NCBI RefSeq assembly: GCF_964204645.1
Contig: NC_134028.1
Location: 22,068,345-22,132,344, forward strand
Direction of reading: 5' to 3'
DNA: 64,000 bases
DNA from: Tubulanus polymorphus
Taxonomy: Eukaryota; Animalia; Nemertea
Made by a program: the position numbers and the translations under genes. Below, piece after piece: positions 26,030 through 40,372 of this stretch; the stretch's first letter is position 1; each line of letters begins with the position of its first letter. Under the pieces are notes generated by a model. The model did no database searches and was not told the DNA's origin. It saw nothing but the letters and a program-made list of their open reading frames with translations.

Positions 26030-29000
26030 TCTGCCCGTATATAAGATCAAGTCGCTAGCTCGCTTCTACCTTCGAGTCGTTATAGTATTCTAACGATGCC
26101 GAGGAAGATTCTCCGTTCCGATGACTGACTGAGTGACTGACTGGAGCTGTTGAGCCGCGGTGAGAGACGATACCGACAGGGCACAGGCAGTGAATGAATT
26201 GAAGTGTAATACCATAGATGATAAGTTATTGAGATCAGATAATACGCGGTAATTAAGGGTAAAACGAAAGTAATATGGCTTGAGTCGATTAAGTATGATA
26301 GATTGATCACCGTGATGTAAAATATGAAGCTAGGATGGGACGAACGGATACAACTCAGGCAGAAGTGATACGCAATGAGGCAGTACCTTCGGCATCAGTG
26401 ATTTCCAGCTTGAAAACTCTTCTGGCGCCGCCGGTTAACTGACTCGACCAATCGCAGCCGACGACGCATCCGCCTCGTATAACCGTCGTTGCATTTAAAC
26501 ATTCAAATCTTTTAGCTTCTCCGCTTTTGAAAAGCGATTGTAAGATTTTGATTCTAACGCGCGGGGGTAAGTGCAAACATCTTGTGGGAACACAAACAAT
26601 AATATACGTACGATGACATGTTCAGTTCCAGACATGTCTCGCGTGCTGTTATGCTGTTATGATGTAGCTTTTAGAGTGTTCTCGGGCACTGGCCGAAAGA
26701 GCTAATATCTAAAACGACAATCTTGATCTTGATGTACCCATGAGATAAAAGCCGTCTTTAAATCAGTGTTGATCGTGATCAAATGATTAGTTATCTAAAT
26801 CAACATCAGTTCAATCAAAACCTGCCTTGATTCCTTTAAAGCGATCGAAGGCGATTTTGCTCCCTCATTTCTCCAATTTTGATTCACTTATGGAAATACG
26901 TAGAGACAATAAATATGCAATGACATGTCTAGCAATGTAAGATCCAGACAGTCTCACGTTCTGTTATGACATGGGGTCTATAATAGTACATGGTAATGAT
27001 GAGCTTTTGAGTGTTCTCGGATGGTGTTCGAAAGAGCTGATATGTACTGCACATGCGTCGAGTATTTGGTGGCAGAAAACGGGCCACTGGCAGTCGAGTG
27101 GCTATCGCCACCGCGACAGAAATCAATATAACTATTGATTTAAAAACAATTACGTATTCCGGTAAAATGAATGGTTCAGTCGGTACGGAAGTGCCGTTAA
27201 ATCCACAGTGCATTGCAGCGTGCGACGATGAGCACTGAAGCAAGCGTAAACATCACATGAGCCTGGTGCCCGAAACGCTTTTCCGACTTGATTCATGACC
27301 ATGCCCTTCAAAGCATTCCTTCGTCTAATATCGACTCATCACGCCCTATCTGATGATTATCTATATTTTATTGTTATTCATTAATTTCTTAAAGATTTTA
27401 CGTATCGAAATTATAAAATCATATCTTATCATTCTACGAAGTATCAATTCTGTTTCTACTTATCATCTTCGAGTACTCTAAAGTATCTACTATCTATACG
27501 TGATCGCCTAATAGATACATCCATTGTGATTCAGCGATGAAATCCCCGATGGGAAATTTCAATGCATTCGCTGAATCGCGGCCAATCGGCTTTAATGATT
27601 TCATAATCCGCGCGGCACATATCGCTGGGCACGCGGGTCTTTACGCGGTGATCCATCGTTTTAAACTCCACCGCTGACCTCTGATCGGCCTTTGACGTCG
27701 GAAAAAATTACGCGCATAATGAGAAGATATTCACGTTCGTTCACGCTTTGTTGATTATGATGGATAGACTAGACAATGAGTAGGTAGCGTACAGGGTGAC
27801 AAGTCTCTTTGGCAACAAAATGGCTCTAATTTCCGTCAATCACGCCGAAAGTAAAGTTATTTCGGATAAGTCAGTGTGATTTATTATGAACGATCAGTAG
27901 TTTGAATGAGAATCGCGGCGGTGGTGGCAATGATGGCCTAGTTTCGATCGAATCGATTCATGGTTAGCCGCCATTGCGCTCCCATAAAAAACGATCTTAA
28001 CCGATTGGACGTGTAAAGTTACCTGAGATTACGCACAGTGAGGCAGCAGTACTGCGATGCCACCGAGGGGTGTATAGCCAAGGCTTTTGGGGAATAATAC
28101 TAAATAAGAAAAAATACGTGTGTAGTTCCAATTACAATCTTCACATTAGCGCCGCCAGTGGAACCTCAATTGCCACAGTCTCCTAATCACTTCAATTTCT
28201 AGTGCAAATGTATACATTATTATAGATATGATCATTTTGTCCGATTGCGTAATTGCTACAGATTCAATCTGACGTCGGTTTTAACCTCACGGCATACGTC
28301 ATTAAGTAACCAGTGTATATCGTGACACGGGGACCGCGCAGTGCCGCATCATCGATCGGTTTGTATTCCGATAGCGGCTACAAGCAATCTTTTACTTGCT
28401 TTAGATAACGATCTGTTTACCCATTCACCTCACGTAGCCATCGTGTAAACCCATTTGAATCGAGCGTCGAAATTTCGCTTACGACACCGCGCTTACGGGG
28501 GCGCTAGGGAAGGAATGTAGTCCCAGTAGTCCGCAGTCCGTATACGTCACTACTCTTTACACCGGTTCTGGATGCGGCGGTATTAATTTTCCTATTAGCG
28601 CAAGTAATCGTTTTGAGATGTGCGCGGGGATCCGCGTGTGTTCGTATAGGTACACGCTACAACCACCGGCGAAACACGGCCGGCACCTATAAAACATCGG
28701 TATAATAGTTTGATTTGCGCTACGTTGATTTTATCTTCGTTGAAAGCGAATGAGAATGCGATGTGTAGTGGGGACGATCTATACGCGGCTCGATTCGATG
28801 ATATCATCATCAAATGAAACGATGATCAAAGGGTTGAATCGAAGCGTTTTCGTCAATTCCGTTCTAAGTTGTATCAGTTCAGCAAGCGCAATTTAAACCC
28901 TTCGAGAAAGCTCGTTAAACCGTACATTTTCAGGAAGCGTAGAATCTGCGCGAAGCCGGTTATGATTTGTTCGCTTATCATCTAAACGAGATGTGCCGGA

Positions 29001-29775
29001 GTTTTTTTGATCAAATCCCGAAATACAGACCCATACCGAGCTCTTTTGAGGAGCAATTATATTTCAAGAAAAGGGGCATTATTTACCGCGAAAAGGAGCA
29101 CTTTCCTATTGCAAGAGGACACATCCAAAATATGAAGTGCCCGGGTACTTGGACAAATCATTTGAGAATTGACTGCTTTCCTTTTCGAAAAGAACATGAA
29201 AATTGTATCCAAATATCGCAAAATCTTGACCCGAAGTTTTTGACAATGAAGGGCGTTTTGAAAATTTTTAGTGGGTTCGTTCGTTACCCCCGAATCCCCA
29301 CCCGGCATGGGTCTGAAGTAAAAAATCTAAACAAGAAAGAAAATCTCATGATAAGCATTTTCAAACGTCACCGAGCTAAACCATGAACTTGTCGCTGTCA
29401 CCCGGAAAAATTAGTTAAATCGAGGATGACAGTAAGTGACAGTTACAGTACTTCTACTACGCGCTATTGCATGTCAGTTGTACAGAGACCGCGTCTTCAA
29501 ACTGGCGCCAAATACGATCCATATCCACTGAAGTATTGAATTACGAGTTGTCCTTCGAGATTTCTTCAATCTGTTTCTCGCACGATTTAAAGAGATCAAT
29601 TTGGCGAAGAACTAATCGCTTTTTTACGTCATCTCGAAGGCCTGCCACAAGCGTTTAACGAATTTATTCATCCCTCGCGCCCCGAATAAAGCTTAACAAC
29701 GTCGACGATATTGTTTAGAACATACTCCTCTTTACACTAAACAACGATTCACAAGGTCACTGCTGGCAATCTTCA

Positions 29776-29915
<140 letters not shown>

Positions 29916-32228
29916 TAAAGAAATATTGAATCCAAGAACTAACATGTCTTGTAATATTAAGTCCGAAAATGTTTCCTTGAGATAATTTACGTATTCAAAG
30001 TTTCGACTATATCCGACTATATCCATCTTCAGAAATGTTCAGTTTTCCTGAAGATGACTTGCATTAGAATAAACAACTTGCTCAACGAAACTTTTTCGGA
30101 CTTAGTATTAATTTATCGTTAATATATTGTGGGATACTCTGTATATTAACGGCTATAGTGTTTTATCAATGGTTGTTTACGTTTACTTGGAGCCACTTGA
30201 GAACAATAATTGATTAACATAACACAATCACAACATTGACTTTAAATATAGACCACTTTAAAAGTAACTGATATTGTTAATCGGGATGGACATGTTTATG
30301 GATTCAGCATTCCGTCAAATACTCGTCATAGCCAGCTCTAATGTAGATATCAATCTGCACCTTGAATTGAAACCCTGAGATAATCGATACTCGTTATCAC
30401 CATTCTTACAATGTTTGAAACGCGTGGTCATCTGGCTTGTAGCTCCAAACACCCTGGCCAAATTCGGATTTCGTATCTAGTTGACTAGCGGTCGAAACTA
30501 ATAACCGAATGCGCTTGATTTTCGAACTATTTCCGGAACATAGCTCCGACAAACGGACATTCGGTTTCGTTTAGTTCGACTATAGTCGACTAACTCAGAT
30601 AACCGAAGGTGGTCCTGGTTGTGGCCTGAACACTCTGGTTGGTGCCTGAACACTCTGGTTGGTTGGTGCCCGGACTGGCTGTTGTACCGAACACCCAGAT
30701 CGGGGCCTGATGCATCTTGTCCTACACACACACGCACCACGCACGCACGCACACCTAGTTTATCACGCAGAAAGCAGCAGTCGTCGGTAAATGTTTACCC
30801 TGCAGCTCAAACTGCGAACATTACCCGCACGATAAGGCACCGAATTAACTTTCTTAAACGCTTTAGACTTCGCCGCAGTGCTAATGTTTCCTGCCTGATA
30901 TGTTCGTACGAAATGCAAGACGTCAATTTTGCCAATTTGATGCGATTTAAACCAAACCCGGACAAAAATCGGCTTACTGTCACAGCCGGTGGAAAGTACA
31001 ACTGCGTTATCGATTAGTGTCGTCCGCAAAGCAGATACGAGAGATCTAATTAAACGGCTGCCATGACTGACCACTATATTGCAGGGATACGTATATACCT
31101 AGTAGAAACCATGAATCTGGACAGTTGCTTAGAACTGTTGTGGGTTTAACTATTCGGTCAGCGATGTGTTTGCTTGCTTTGATAGTTCTTTTTTCGTTAG
31201 TATAAGTAATTTACTTGTCGCAGAGAAAATTTACAAAATTAGTAATAACAAATTTAATAAAAAACAATGAGGTACATGTACAGATGACAGGATCCTGAGC
31301 AGGGCCATAATAGCTGTATATTCAAAAGGATGTTCAGACATCCTGACAAAACACAAACATGAAAAAACAAAAGAAAAACAAATAGAAATTTTCGAGTAGT
31401 CTTTCCATCACCCATGTTGTCCTTTCAGTCAGTAGTTCAGTTAAATTCGATCGTATTTATGTATCTATTTTATGGATGTAGGAACATGTGAATATACGAA
31501 AAAGATCTGACATGACCCGCGTGTCGTTGAGACAGGGTTTTGAATATAAGGATGAGAAAGTATAGTGAGCGCGATGTCACTCTGAAACGATCATGACCGT
31601 CAAGATTGATTCGCCTCGCGGTATTTGATTTACTCTTCTGGTTTATCCAACGTTTCGCGTGAATGATGCGGTTTAGAACCTGACGACGCATCGGTTTTTG
31701 GTCGATTCGTAATATTTACGAGTTCAAGTTGACCTTCCGATTGTATGTGAACGCGCGCGAGCGTCACGCCGCATTACACAGTCGAATCAATCCCAGTCAC
31801 GCTGTATATCGTCTCTGTTCTGACCTCTCGGCAGTTCATTATTCCCGATGACAGAAAGCCGATTTTACTAAAACTAATAATAATTCCCTCCGATGCTTTT
31901 CATACACGTTCTTTTTCTGCGGTTCTAATTTCTTGTTATCGAAATCGTGTTTGGATTGAGATGTTTTTATCTAGCCGAAAATCGTCCATCTACGGAGACC
32001 GAGTTTTGTAACCAGCGGTCAAATTATCCAGCTCTTTGATATCGTAGAAAACCTAGTTATGGGACTGGTTTTAGACTGAGACATTGTCCTCGAGCTCTGT
32101 ATCGTCGACCAACTCAGTATATTGTATAATGAAGTCATTGTTTGTGAAAGCTCATATCATTTGGCAATGGTTTGATGCATTCCTGCGTCCTTTTCCAAAA
32201 ATGCCATTATGCACTCTTAGTACTGTTA

Positions 32229-32379
32229 AGCCCAACGCACACGGCACCGAAACAAACGCTTTTTCCTCGTGAAAAACGTTTTCGCCGAACTGAAAAACGT
32301 TTTTCACGAGCAAAAAACGTTTTCTGAAAAACGTGTTTCTGTTTCGGCGAAACAAATGTTTTGCCGTGTGCGTTGGGCT
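32229..32379. mobile_element. Palindromic MITE with 18-bp TIRs and TTA TSD
   Basis: tta|AGCCCAACGCACACGGCA...TGCCGTGTGCGTTGGGCT|tta; internal GAAAAACGTTTT repeats. Confidence 0.85.
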
Positions 32380-35300
32380 TTATACAGCGCAAGGCCGACC
32401 TACGCCCGCCTTTAGACGCAGCTGTTTTTAGTCGATCACATCGAGGTTTTCAGGGATGGGAACAGGCCTAGCTATAAGGTTTTTGAATAACCTCCAAGAA
32501 ATAAATCATCATCGGCAAAATCATTGGCCTGGCCATGCACCAGTCTTGTTTTATGTTCGATAACTCAGAAAGTAAAAGTTTAAGTCGAAATGAATCTCGC
32601 GGATAAAGAGATTGATTTCACGTCATTCGGGTCATGTTACGTATAAGCTGAGTTCGTTCGTTCGTTCGTAATTCGTTCGATTTGAACTCGGGCTATTACG
32701 CGCCGAAAATGAGTAATTGCGAACATGTTCGGTATAAACATCAATTTTAGCAGTTCTTGATTCGCTGAAATTACATCGCAAACTAAACCAATTAGCCGTT
32801 TCAATTTCGGGAGCTTAGAAACGACTGGAAAAAACGTGTCTCCGATGTTAATATGATCATCAATTTTATGTATACGGTGCTAAAAGCGGTGGTTGTCGTC
32901 GGGAATTTCAAACGTTTTAACGACTTCAGACGATTGCGTCGAACAAAATTTCGAACCCAGTATACGTAGTTGGCGCGCGCTCGAACATATTACCACAAAG
33001 ACTAGCGCCATCAATCTCGTCTGCGAGGCGTGTGTGAAGCGTACCCGGCGGAGGTTGGAATTTAACAAGAAAATTACTACTTTATACAAAAGGCGATTTT
33101 ATCGCGTTTTTACGGCGTGTTGTAAGTGCGCGGTAAATTGGAGAATAAAGAACTTGGTCTTAATCCTATCCGGAGCTGCCGATACTGACGATGTCCCTGA
33201 TTGTCAGGGCACAGTGCCTGAATATGCCTCGCCAATTATTGCAGAAAACTATATATATATACGCCGTCTTTTGTAATATAGCTCACTGATAATGTCTTTC
33301 GAGACCTACGTGGGAAATTTGTCAATTCTATGTTGTATTTCTATTTAAAAAAGAATGCCTCACAGTCCCTGATGATGGTTTTTCGATGCTACTGAAAATT
33401 GCTATCCCTGCAACAATTTCTGCTGTCCCTCTGAAAAATTGTTTCAGATGTTCATTTTTCCTTGTTTTGTTTGTGAAAATTTAGTAGTGAGCATGATCGG
33501 TATTATCCAGTCCTGTATTTAGAGGGGGGGGGGTTCGGGGGGTCGCTCATCGACGGAGTTCCATTTACTTAAGCAAATTTGAGAATCGATTTCCATGATT
33601 CACTATTTAATGACACTTTTTCATTCGTTTTCGTTCAGACTATGCATATGTTTCCGAACTTAGTTGATTTGAGGCCAAATTCTATGAAGAGGCAAACTTT
33701 TCGCCAGAAGAAATTGTGAAATTGTCTCTTTTGCATCTCGTTTTCAAAAATTGCCTGCATGGGTTATACGCTTACATTTGCATGGATACCATACAAAAAA
33801 ATTCCACTTTCGATGAAAATCGAACCCTCAAAGACGTGGGTGGCTAGTACGGGCCTGATATCGGGGGTAAAGATAAGACAAAATACGGATATTTCCCTCC
33901 ACAGAATATACCCGGCGTCCGTACCAAACGCCGGAGAGACACCTCGGTTGAATAGAATAACGTTGTTTGCCGCGTGGAGGGTGATTGATAGTTAAACGGA
34001 GATATTGTCGTTTTGCTCGTCGATAACACCAGATCGACCGGTGTTACTGTGTAGCGTGTGGCCTAATGACATACCAACCGGAGTGTGCGTAACGTTTTAC
34101 AGCATAACATCCCGCAGGACCAATAGCCACCATTCAATGAAAATAGACACCGCTCCGCTTTGTGACGGTAAACACCTCAATTTGCATCGAAGATACATCA
34201 ACCCTAACTAGTTTGACAAGAAGATTGCGCAAACATGACAATATAGAAACAGATCGTGTTTTAGTTACTCGTTAGATCACGTTTCGTGGTGTTTCATACA
34301 TTAGACTACATGGTTCTCTGCTACCAGGTTGAAAAAACCCGTCATGTCATTAATAAAAAAGTGCGCACGGTCAGCATTTACTGTAAAGGTGTTTAGCGAA
34401 ACAGGATCAGTCGCCACAAAGGAGTTACGTGTTAGATTCGGACCTAATATTGATAGATGCTGTAAGGAGATTACTGCTTCGTATGACAAGTTCCCGAAAC
34501 GGAGGCCTGTCACGGCGGCTATACAGGAGTCCTTCACAAAACTTTCCACAACACAAAACCTCGCACGTAGTCAGACGCGAATCGATCCGTCGGGTGTATC
34601 GAGGGTGTGAAATCTGTAAGCTATACCTTGCACTAGACTCGCGGAAAGGGCTCGAATTTCTACAGGGAAAGCAACACGCTTAGATCGATCAGAAGAATGT
34701 GATCCCCTCTCGCGAGGTTTCGCTATCCCTTCTGTGCAATAAAAGTGTTTAAAAATGCATCGCACGTAATCTCAAATAAACGACTTTCCCCTTTCATAGG
34801 CCGGCGCTTATATACTAATGGACATTGCCGAAAGATAAATGACAATGTTAATGAAACAGTGGTTGGAGCCGATCTATACACAGGACACAGGACACTGTGA
34901 AGTACTGTATTACACGATGATTTGTTTGATATACGATCATACGTATCTAATCTCATTTCAAAACGCTCCAAATGAATACACGTTTTATATTGTTCTTGCT
35001 GAATTTTCTAGTTCGATTGTTTGCAGCTAATGCACGCAATATCTGCCCGAAATACGAAACTCAGAAACACAAAAGAAATCTTCTGAATCGGTTGTTTACA
35101 GCTTTAAACGCGCGCAACATTTAATACCCGAAGTACGTGCCAACGCTTTCCTAGAGTATTTCTGAATCGGTAGCTGATACCCGCTCCCCAATCCTACCGC
35201 GATGATAAATGCGTTTTTGCGCAATCGTCACCGGAGAGATTGATCGATGTTTTCGACGCAATTTAAATATCATTTTAATCCTCGCGCGCCGCTCGCGCAC

Positions 35301-35659
35301 GCTTGTAAAAGCGTTTTAATTCCGCGACAACAGAAACAGGAGAGAAACGATACGGGAAACGCTGACAAAAATCTCGACGACACTAACTCTCAGACGAAAG
35401 ATAACGACAGACAAACGTCACCCGGTTATCTCAGTAACTGCTGTAAGTACATCTATCTATACATACTCACGGGATGATGAGTTATACGAGCTATTTTACA
35501 AGTCAGATTCAATTAATTCCAGCGCCGATGAATCAATCAATCGATCGAGATTACTAGTAAACTGAAACTTTTATCAACGGAATGAACAGGTGATAAGGAG
35601 TAGTGTGATGAGCGTGTTTCGTGCTTCCTGTGTGGAGACATGACAGACATTAGACAGAC

Positions 35660-36150
35660 ATGAGAAACGGGTCTTTTTGATAACGATCGCTCAGGGGTCT
35701 TTCACGTGTGGCTCTGCCGTTTTGAAGCATGGCTACCCCCGTCCTCCCGAGGGAGGGATTCGAACCTGATGGCATCGCTACACTCATCTCTGCCACACTA
35801 AATCAGGCGCGCATGTACATGCGCAGCACGAAATCTTGCGCTACCAATCAGATCGCTTGTTGTATAATCACTGAGGTAAATCTCACGGAAGAACTATAAA
35901 TGGGAAAAGCCAGGCTAATAAAAAACGAGATATATTATTGGCTGATAATGACATCATCTACGCTGTGCACTCGGTCGAGTGTGGCAGAGTTTCGTACCGC
36001 AGCAATCTCGATACCATCAGGTTCGAATCCCTGCCGTGGGAGGATGGGATACCCCGTGCTCTGTGATTCTGCGGTAGTCTTTGGTCTCGGATCCCGGTTC
36101 CACGTGATGGAGCCCTGAGTTTGATAGGCCACATGGGCTACCGTCTCAGC
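35660..36150. mobile_element. Two divergently oriented tRNA-derived SINE-like copies (~35660-35800 minus, ~35975-36150 plus)
   Basis: GGGATTCGAACCTGATGGCATCG versus CGATACCATCAGGTTCGAATCCC, plus shared GGGAGGA and CACGTG..CCCTGAG blocks; further heads at ~51877-51910 and ~52095-52175. Confidence 0.65.
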
Positions 36151-36688
36151 ATTGATTACATTCTTTGGTTCTTTCTTTGTTCAATAAAGTTCAGATATAT
36201 TATCATATTGTATTGTATCGTATTCTTTATTGTATTGTATTACAGGCTCGACTTCTCCGCCTCACGCAGAGCCAGCGCGAGATCCTCCATCCGCAGGATG
36301 GGTGACATCCAAAGACAGCCACTTTAATTTTCCCTATAGTCAATCTTGCCGAGATAAGACGTATTTCGATGGCTTCGTTCGGTACTTTCTCATTTTGTAT
36401 TTGGACATTAACCTAAACCTTAGATAACCACTGAAAGTCGCAGTAACGATAGTGCGGTAATAAAGACTTATTGCTGGATCAAGTGGCGGTTGTAACGTCG
36501 TGTGTGTGGTCTTTGTTTGCGACGGTATGAAAATAGCCAGCAGAGATTCCTAGATCAGCGCTGAAATTAAAGCGGGTATCGATCTCCAGCCCATCGGACC
36601 AGCATTTCGAACATTCGTGAAGTCTTGAAAGTATGCTTTGTATAAAATATCTGGTGTTCGTTGCAGTAATCGTTATCAGAAATTGATC

Positions 36689-36890
36689 ATGACGTCACTA
36701 GTGAATGCATAGGCAAGAGGAAGAGGAAGGATCGAGTAGTGGAGAGTGGGTAGTGACGTAACTTCCGTCCGCCATCTTGGATGACGTCACTTCCTACTAT
36801 TCACTGACCAATCCTCATCTTGCCTGTCTTTACTACTGACGTCATAGACGGGTCCATAGGACTGGACTCAGCACGTCGCAATGACGTCAC
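36689..36890. promoter_or_regulatory. Cluster of five CRE/ATF-type sites, four inside an imperfect ~155-bp inverted repeat; YY1-like and ETS-like motifs in the loop
   Basis: TGACGTCA at 36690, 36782, 36837 and 36882, TGACGTAA at 36754; central ACTTCCG and CGCCATCTT. Confidence 0.55.
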
Positions 36891-39800
36891 TTTGTAATAA
36901 TAACTTCTAGCTGATCAGACCAGAGTGAGCCTTCCGGTCACCATGCAATCACTAGGTCCCCGGGACTCGGACTCGGATTGTGGATTTAGCCAACAAGCGG
37001 CCTTCCTACATCTCTCATTCTCATTCATATTTACCCCTGATCTGTCCAGATGTTATATCAATTTGCCAATAAATATTAACCGATATCAAATTCGTTGGTT
37101 TGTTTATCCAGCACTGGGTAAATGTTCAAACACGTGTTTAACTCTCAGGATATTAATCATTGGTCTCCATCATCATCAACGGGGAGTGAGTGCGACATAT
37201 TGCAAGCTACAGTTTTAGAGCCTGCGATCGCGTGTCACGCAGGTTATGGGTGTGTATCGCTCTGAAACAGTATCTACAACTTGCCCGGACTTTCAAGAGT
37301 CGATTCTCTCCACGTTCTATTCGTTCAACAACTCGGTAAACATAACGTAATGAATTATCCAACTTGTTTGTTAATGGGGTTCTTTACTACGTAACGCGGT
37401 CTCTCTCTATGGTACGCGCAATAGAAACAATCGTTCAGATACGAACGTGAAATGCATATCATCGAATATTTGGCATCGCTCAACATTCCAGGCATCCTAT
37501 AGGACTAGCTATAACTCGTAAGGTTATTTGGGACTGGCTTTTAATCGTGGACCTCTCATCTCTAATAGACGGAGAATTCATTAGCAGCATCCACGCTACC
37601 ACTAGTACCGTTCCAAATAGGTCCGCGTATACCTGGGAACGGACCAAATCATAGTGGGCTAACACGCGTTGCTAAATTAGCTACATATAGTTATGACTTG
37701 ACCCGAAAGTTGTCGCAATGGTTATTTCAACCCCGGAATTTATATCTGAATGATAGATTTAAGAGTCCCTTGCCGTTATTTATTTAAACAATTTTGATGA
37801 CTGCAGTTTATCATTATTTCTGGACACATCAATCTATGGTAAATTCTAGGCCATTTTCAAAACAATTAAAACGGATACTCCACGAGCAACACAACACGTA
37901 ATAGACAGATTTCCGGATGATGAATAAGCCGTTAGCCAATACTTCAGGTTCTAGGCAAAACAGAAATTATGTAAAATCTGAAAATTATGTTATTCTACGC
38001 AGGCATTTCTGGCCCGGGCCATTTTGGAGCGACACTGTTCACACGGGTGTCAAATGGGCATGTGCCTGTTTGGCCCGAACACAAACTTGAGCCAAATTTT
38101 ACGGTGAACGCGCTCTCTAACTAAGCACGAGCCCAATTTGACACGGGCCTGATCCGCGCCAATTTGGCCGGGGCCAAATCGTCGCCGTGTGATCGCGGCT
38201 ATAATCACGTCGATCCGTGCGTTAGTCTTGTTTTTGTTTTCTGATCGGGGTTTCGTCTTCCGGTTCACCTGGGACTGCGTCGTTTGTAAACCTACCGTGC
38301 AGACGATTATTCCATTCTACACATCGTTGTTTTCGGTGCGTAAAACGATTACGTCTGCATCATTTATAACTACACCGATGTCACAACGACTGAAAACCGT
38401 CGCGCGCCCGTAATAAGATTGATGGTTTCTCGATAGTTTATGTGTACGCGGCGCTAATTTCAATATAGAATATACACGCATCCAACGGAGAACATAACAT
38501 TATCACCGACTTATTAAACAAGTGAACTTCTCAGTACGTCGAAGATCATTAATCGAAATATCAAAATTACTAGTAGAATAGCCCCACTACTCAGACGCGG
38601 AGAATCGATGATGAGTTTGAAACCTGCTATATACAGACTTCAGAAGATTGAAGGGAGAACAGCCCGTACTCGCGGACGTGGACAAGTGATAAGTTATACA
38701 GAACAAACATTCCATACAGAATCAAAAAGATTGAAAACGAATTTCATTTATAAAAAATCACAGTCAAAATACATGACGTTTCGAACTCACCCTATAGACC
38801 ATCGTCAAAGGTTCAAAACGTCGTGTATTTCTATTTCAAGTTTTGATAAATATAAAATTCGTTTTTAATCTTTTAGATTCTGTATTTAGCTTATTTTTCA
38901 AAGTAACTACATTATTTTCACATGGTCAAAGTTACTGTATTCATTATTTCTACATATTCAAATCTATGAAAATCATTCCTTTCAATCATGGACCCAAAAA
39001 CGATGGGACGTGACACGGAAATGTTTTAGAGTCCATGGTTCAATCCAGAATCTTGAAGTATGTATCAGCCACTATTCCGAGTTTAAACGCCATCTTAAAT
39101 ACAATTCGACGATACGGCCCCATGCGGATGATTTACCGATTTATGGATCATTTAAAAGAAGCAGAAAATATAAGTTCTTAAGTGACAATAATCGCAAGAT
39201 CTTTAAAATTAACCAGGATTAGGAAAATCTATTGATGCAATGAATGATTGTTTGTCAAATGGCCATATTTTAGCTTGTGTAAGCCGCCAGCCAGCCTGCG
39301 CTTGACCGGTATAATGTCCCATGATCCTTAAGGCACGAAGCACCGATACGAGGGGAATTTACCCAAAGAATTTCAGCAGTTTTTATAATCTAAAATATTA
39401 CGTATTTATCCAACAATTGCCTTCAACCTCTCTATCCCTTACCTATTTTCCCTACCTACCACCCCCTCTCTCCTCGGCCATCTCTGACGCGGTGCCTTTT
39501 CGCCAAGACATCGGTTGATAACCCATCTTTATATGCGTGAATGTTGTAATTCTCAGCACGCAGTTTCACGTGCCGTGCAGTTATCTGAATTCTAAAACGA
39601 CCGATTCAATCGCAGATCCGTCACTGTCTCAGAAACCAGTTTAACAATTGTCTCCTATTTACGGCGAGTCACGGAATATTAGTTCCAATGCACACAAGTC
39701 ATGAATATTTAATCTCATAATTCGCGCCCAGCTCGGAAGGTCATCAATTTCCTCGACTTTCCCTCTCTCGAACGGCGACGGTGACAAGTCGTCGGCGATG

Positions 39801-40042
39801 ACGCAACCGGTTCGGGTGACACCGGTGTTTTTTTTCTATATCAAATATTTATGAAAAAGTGTTTACCGACAGGTTAGAGTACAAGCCGACTCGTGACGAG
39901 CCAGTTGACTGCGACATCCAGGTTCGGCAAACAAAAGCGACGACAAAAACTGGCTTCGATATTTGATATTCATTCGAGCCGCTTTTTGAATAAAAAGAGG
40001 AGCCAATGATTCGAATGAGATAAATCTAATAAATATACTCAC

Positions 40043-40089
40043 GTGTCAGGGCGAATTCTAGGAATCGGAACATTTCCAGTGAAAGGCAT
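40043..40089 (-). CDS. Candidate alternative first coding exon MPFTGNVPIPRIRPD (phase 2)
   Basis: ATG to AC|gtgagt (strong donor), 47 nt; upstream putative 5'UTR with a CAG/CAA tract and a TCAGTG initiator-like motif at ~40445. Confidence 0.5.
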
Positions 40090-40277
40090 CCCTGCCGCCG
40101 TGGCCGACTGTATGAGTTGCAATTATTCCAAATCTATCGCGTTTCATCATCGCGTGCACATTATTAACAAAAAGGCGTAACTTTTTTAAGCGTAATAAAA
40201 AAAGTATCGCGTAGTTATTTTTGTTCAACGTGTGTCATTCAGTCAGAGTAGAATGAGTTTATATATGAGTCGCACGT

Positions 40278-40372
40278 CGCTGGTGCTGCTGGTGTTGCTG
40301 GTGCCGCCGCCGCTGCTGCTGCTGCTGATGCTGCTGCTGTCGCTGCTGCTGTTGTTGATGTTGTTGTTGTTG
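40278..40372. repeat. GCT/GTT trinucleotide tract
   Basis: Directly visible. Confidence 0.85.

Noticed and set aside
28967-29386. 139-aa ORF
   Set aside because: Non-ATG start, overlaps an interspersed-repeat-like segment, no domain or splice support.
34199-34209. Telomerase-template-like CAACCCTAAC
   Set aside because: Ten nucleotides is near chance level; no pseudoknot or H/ACA domain recognised.
36246-36327. GC-rich exon-like block after a tattacag acceptor
   Set aside because: No partner exon or recognisable product in any frame.
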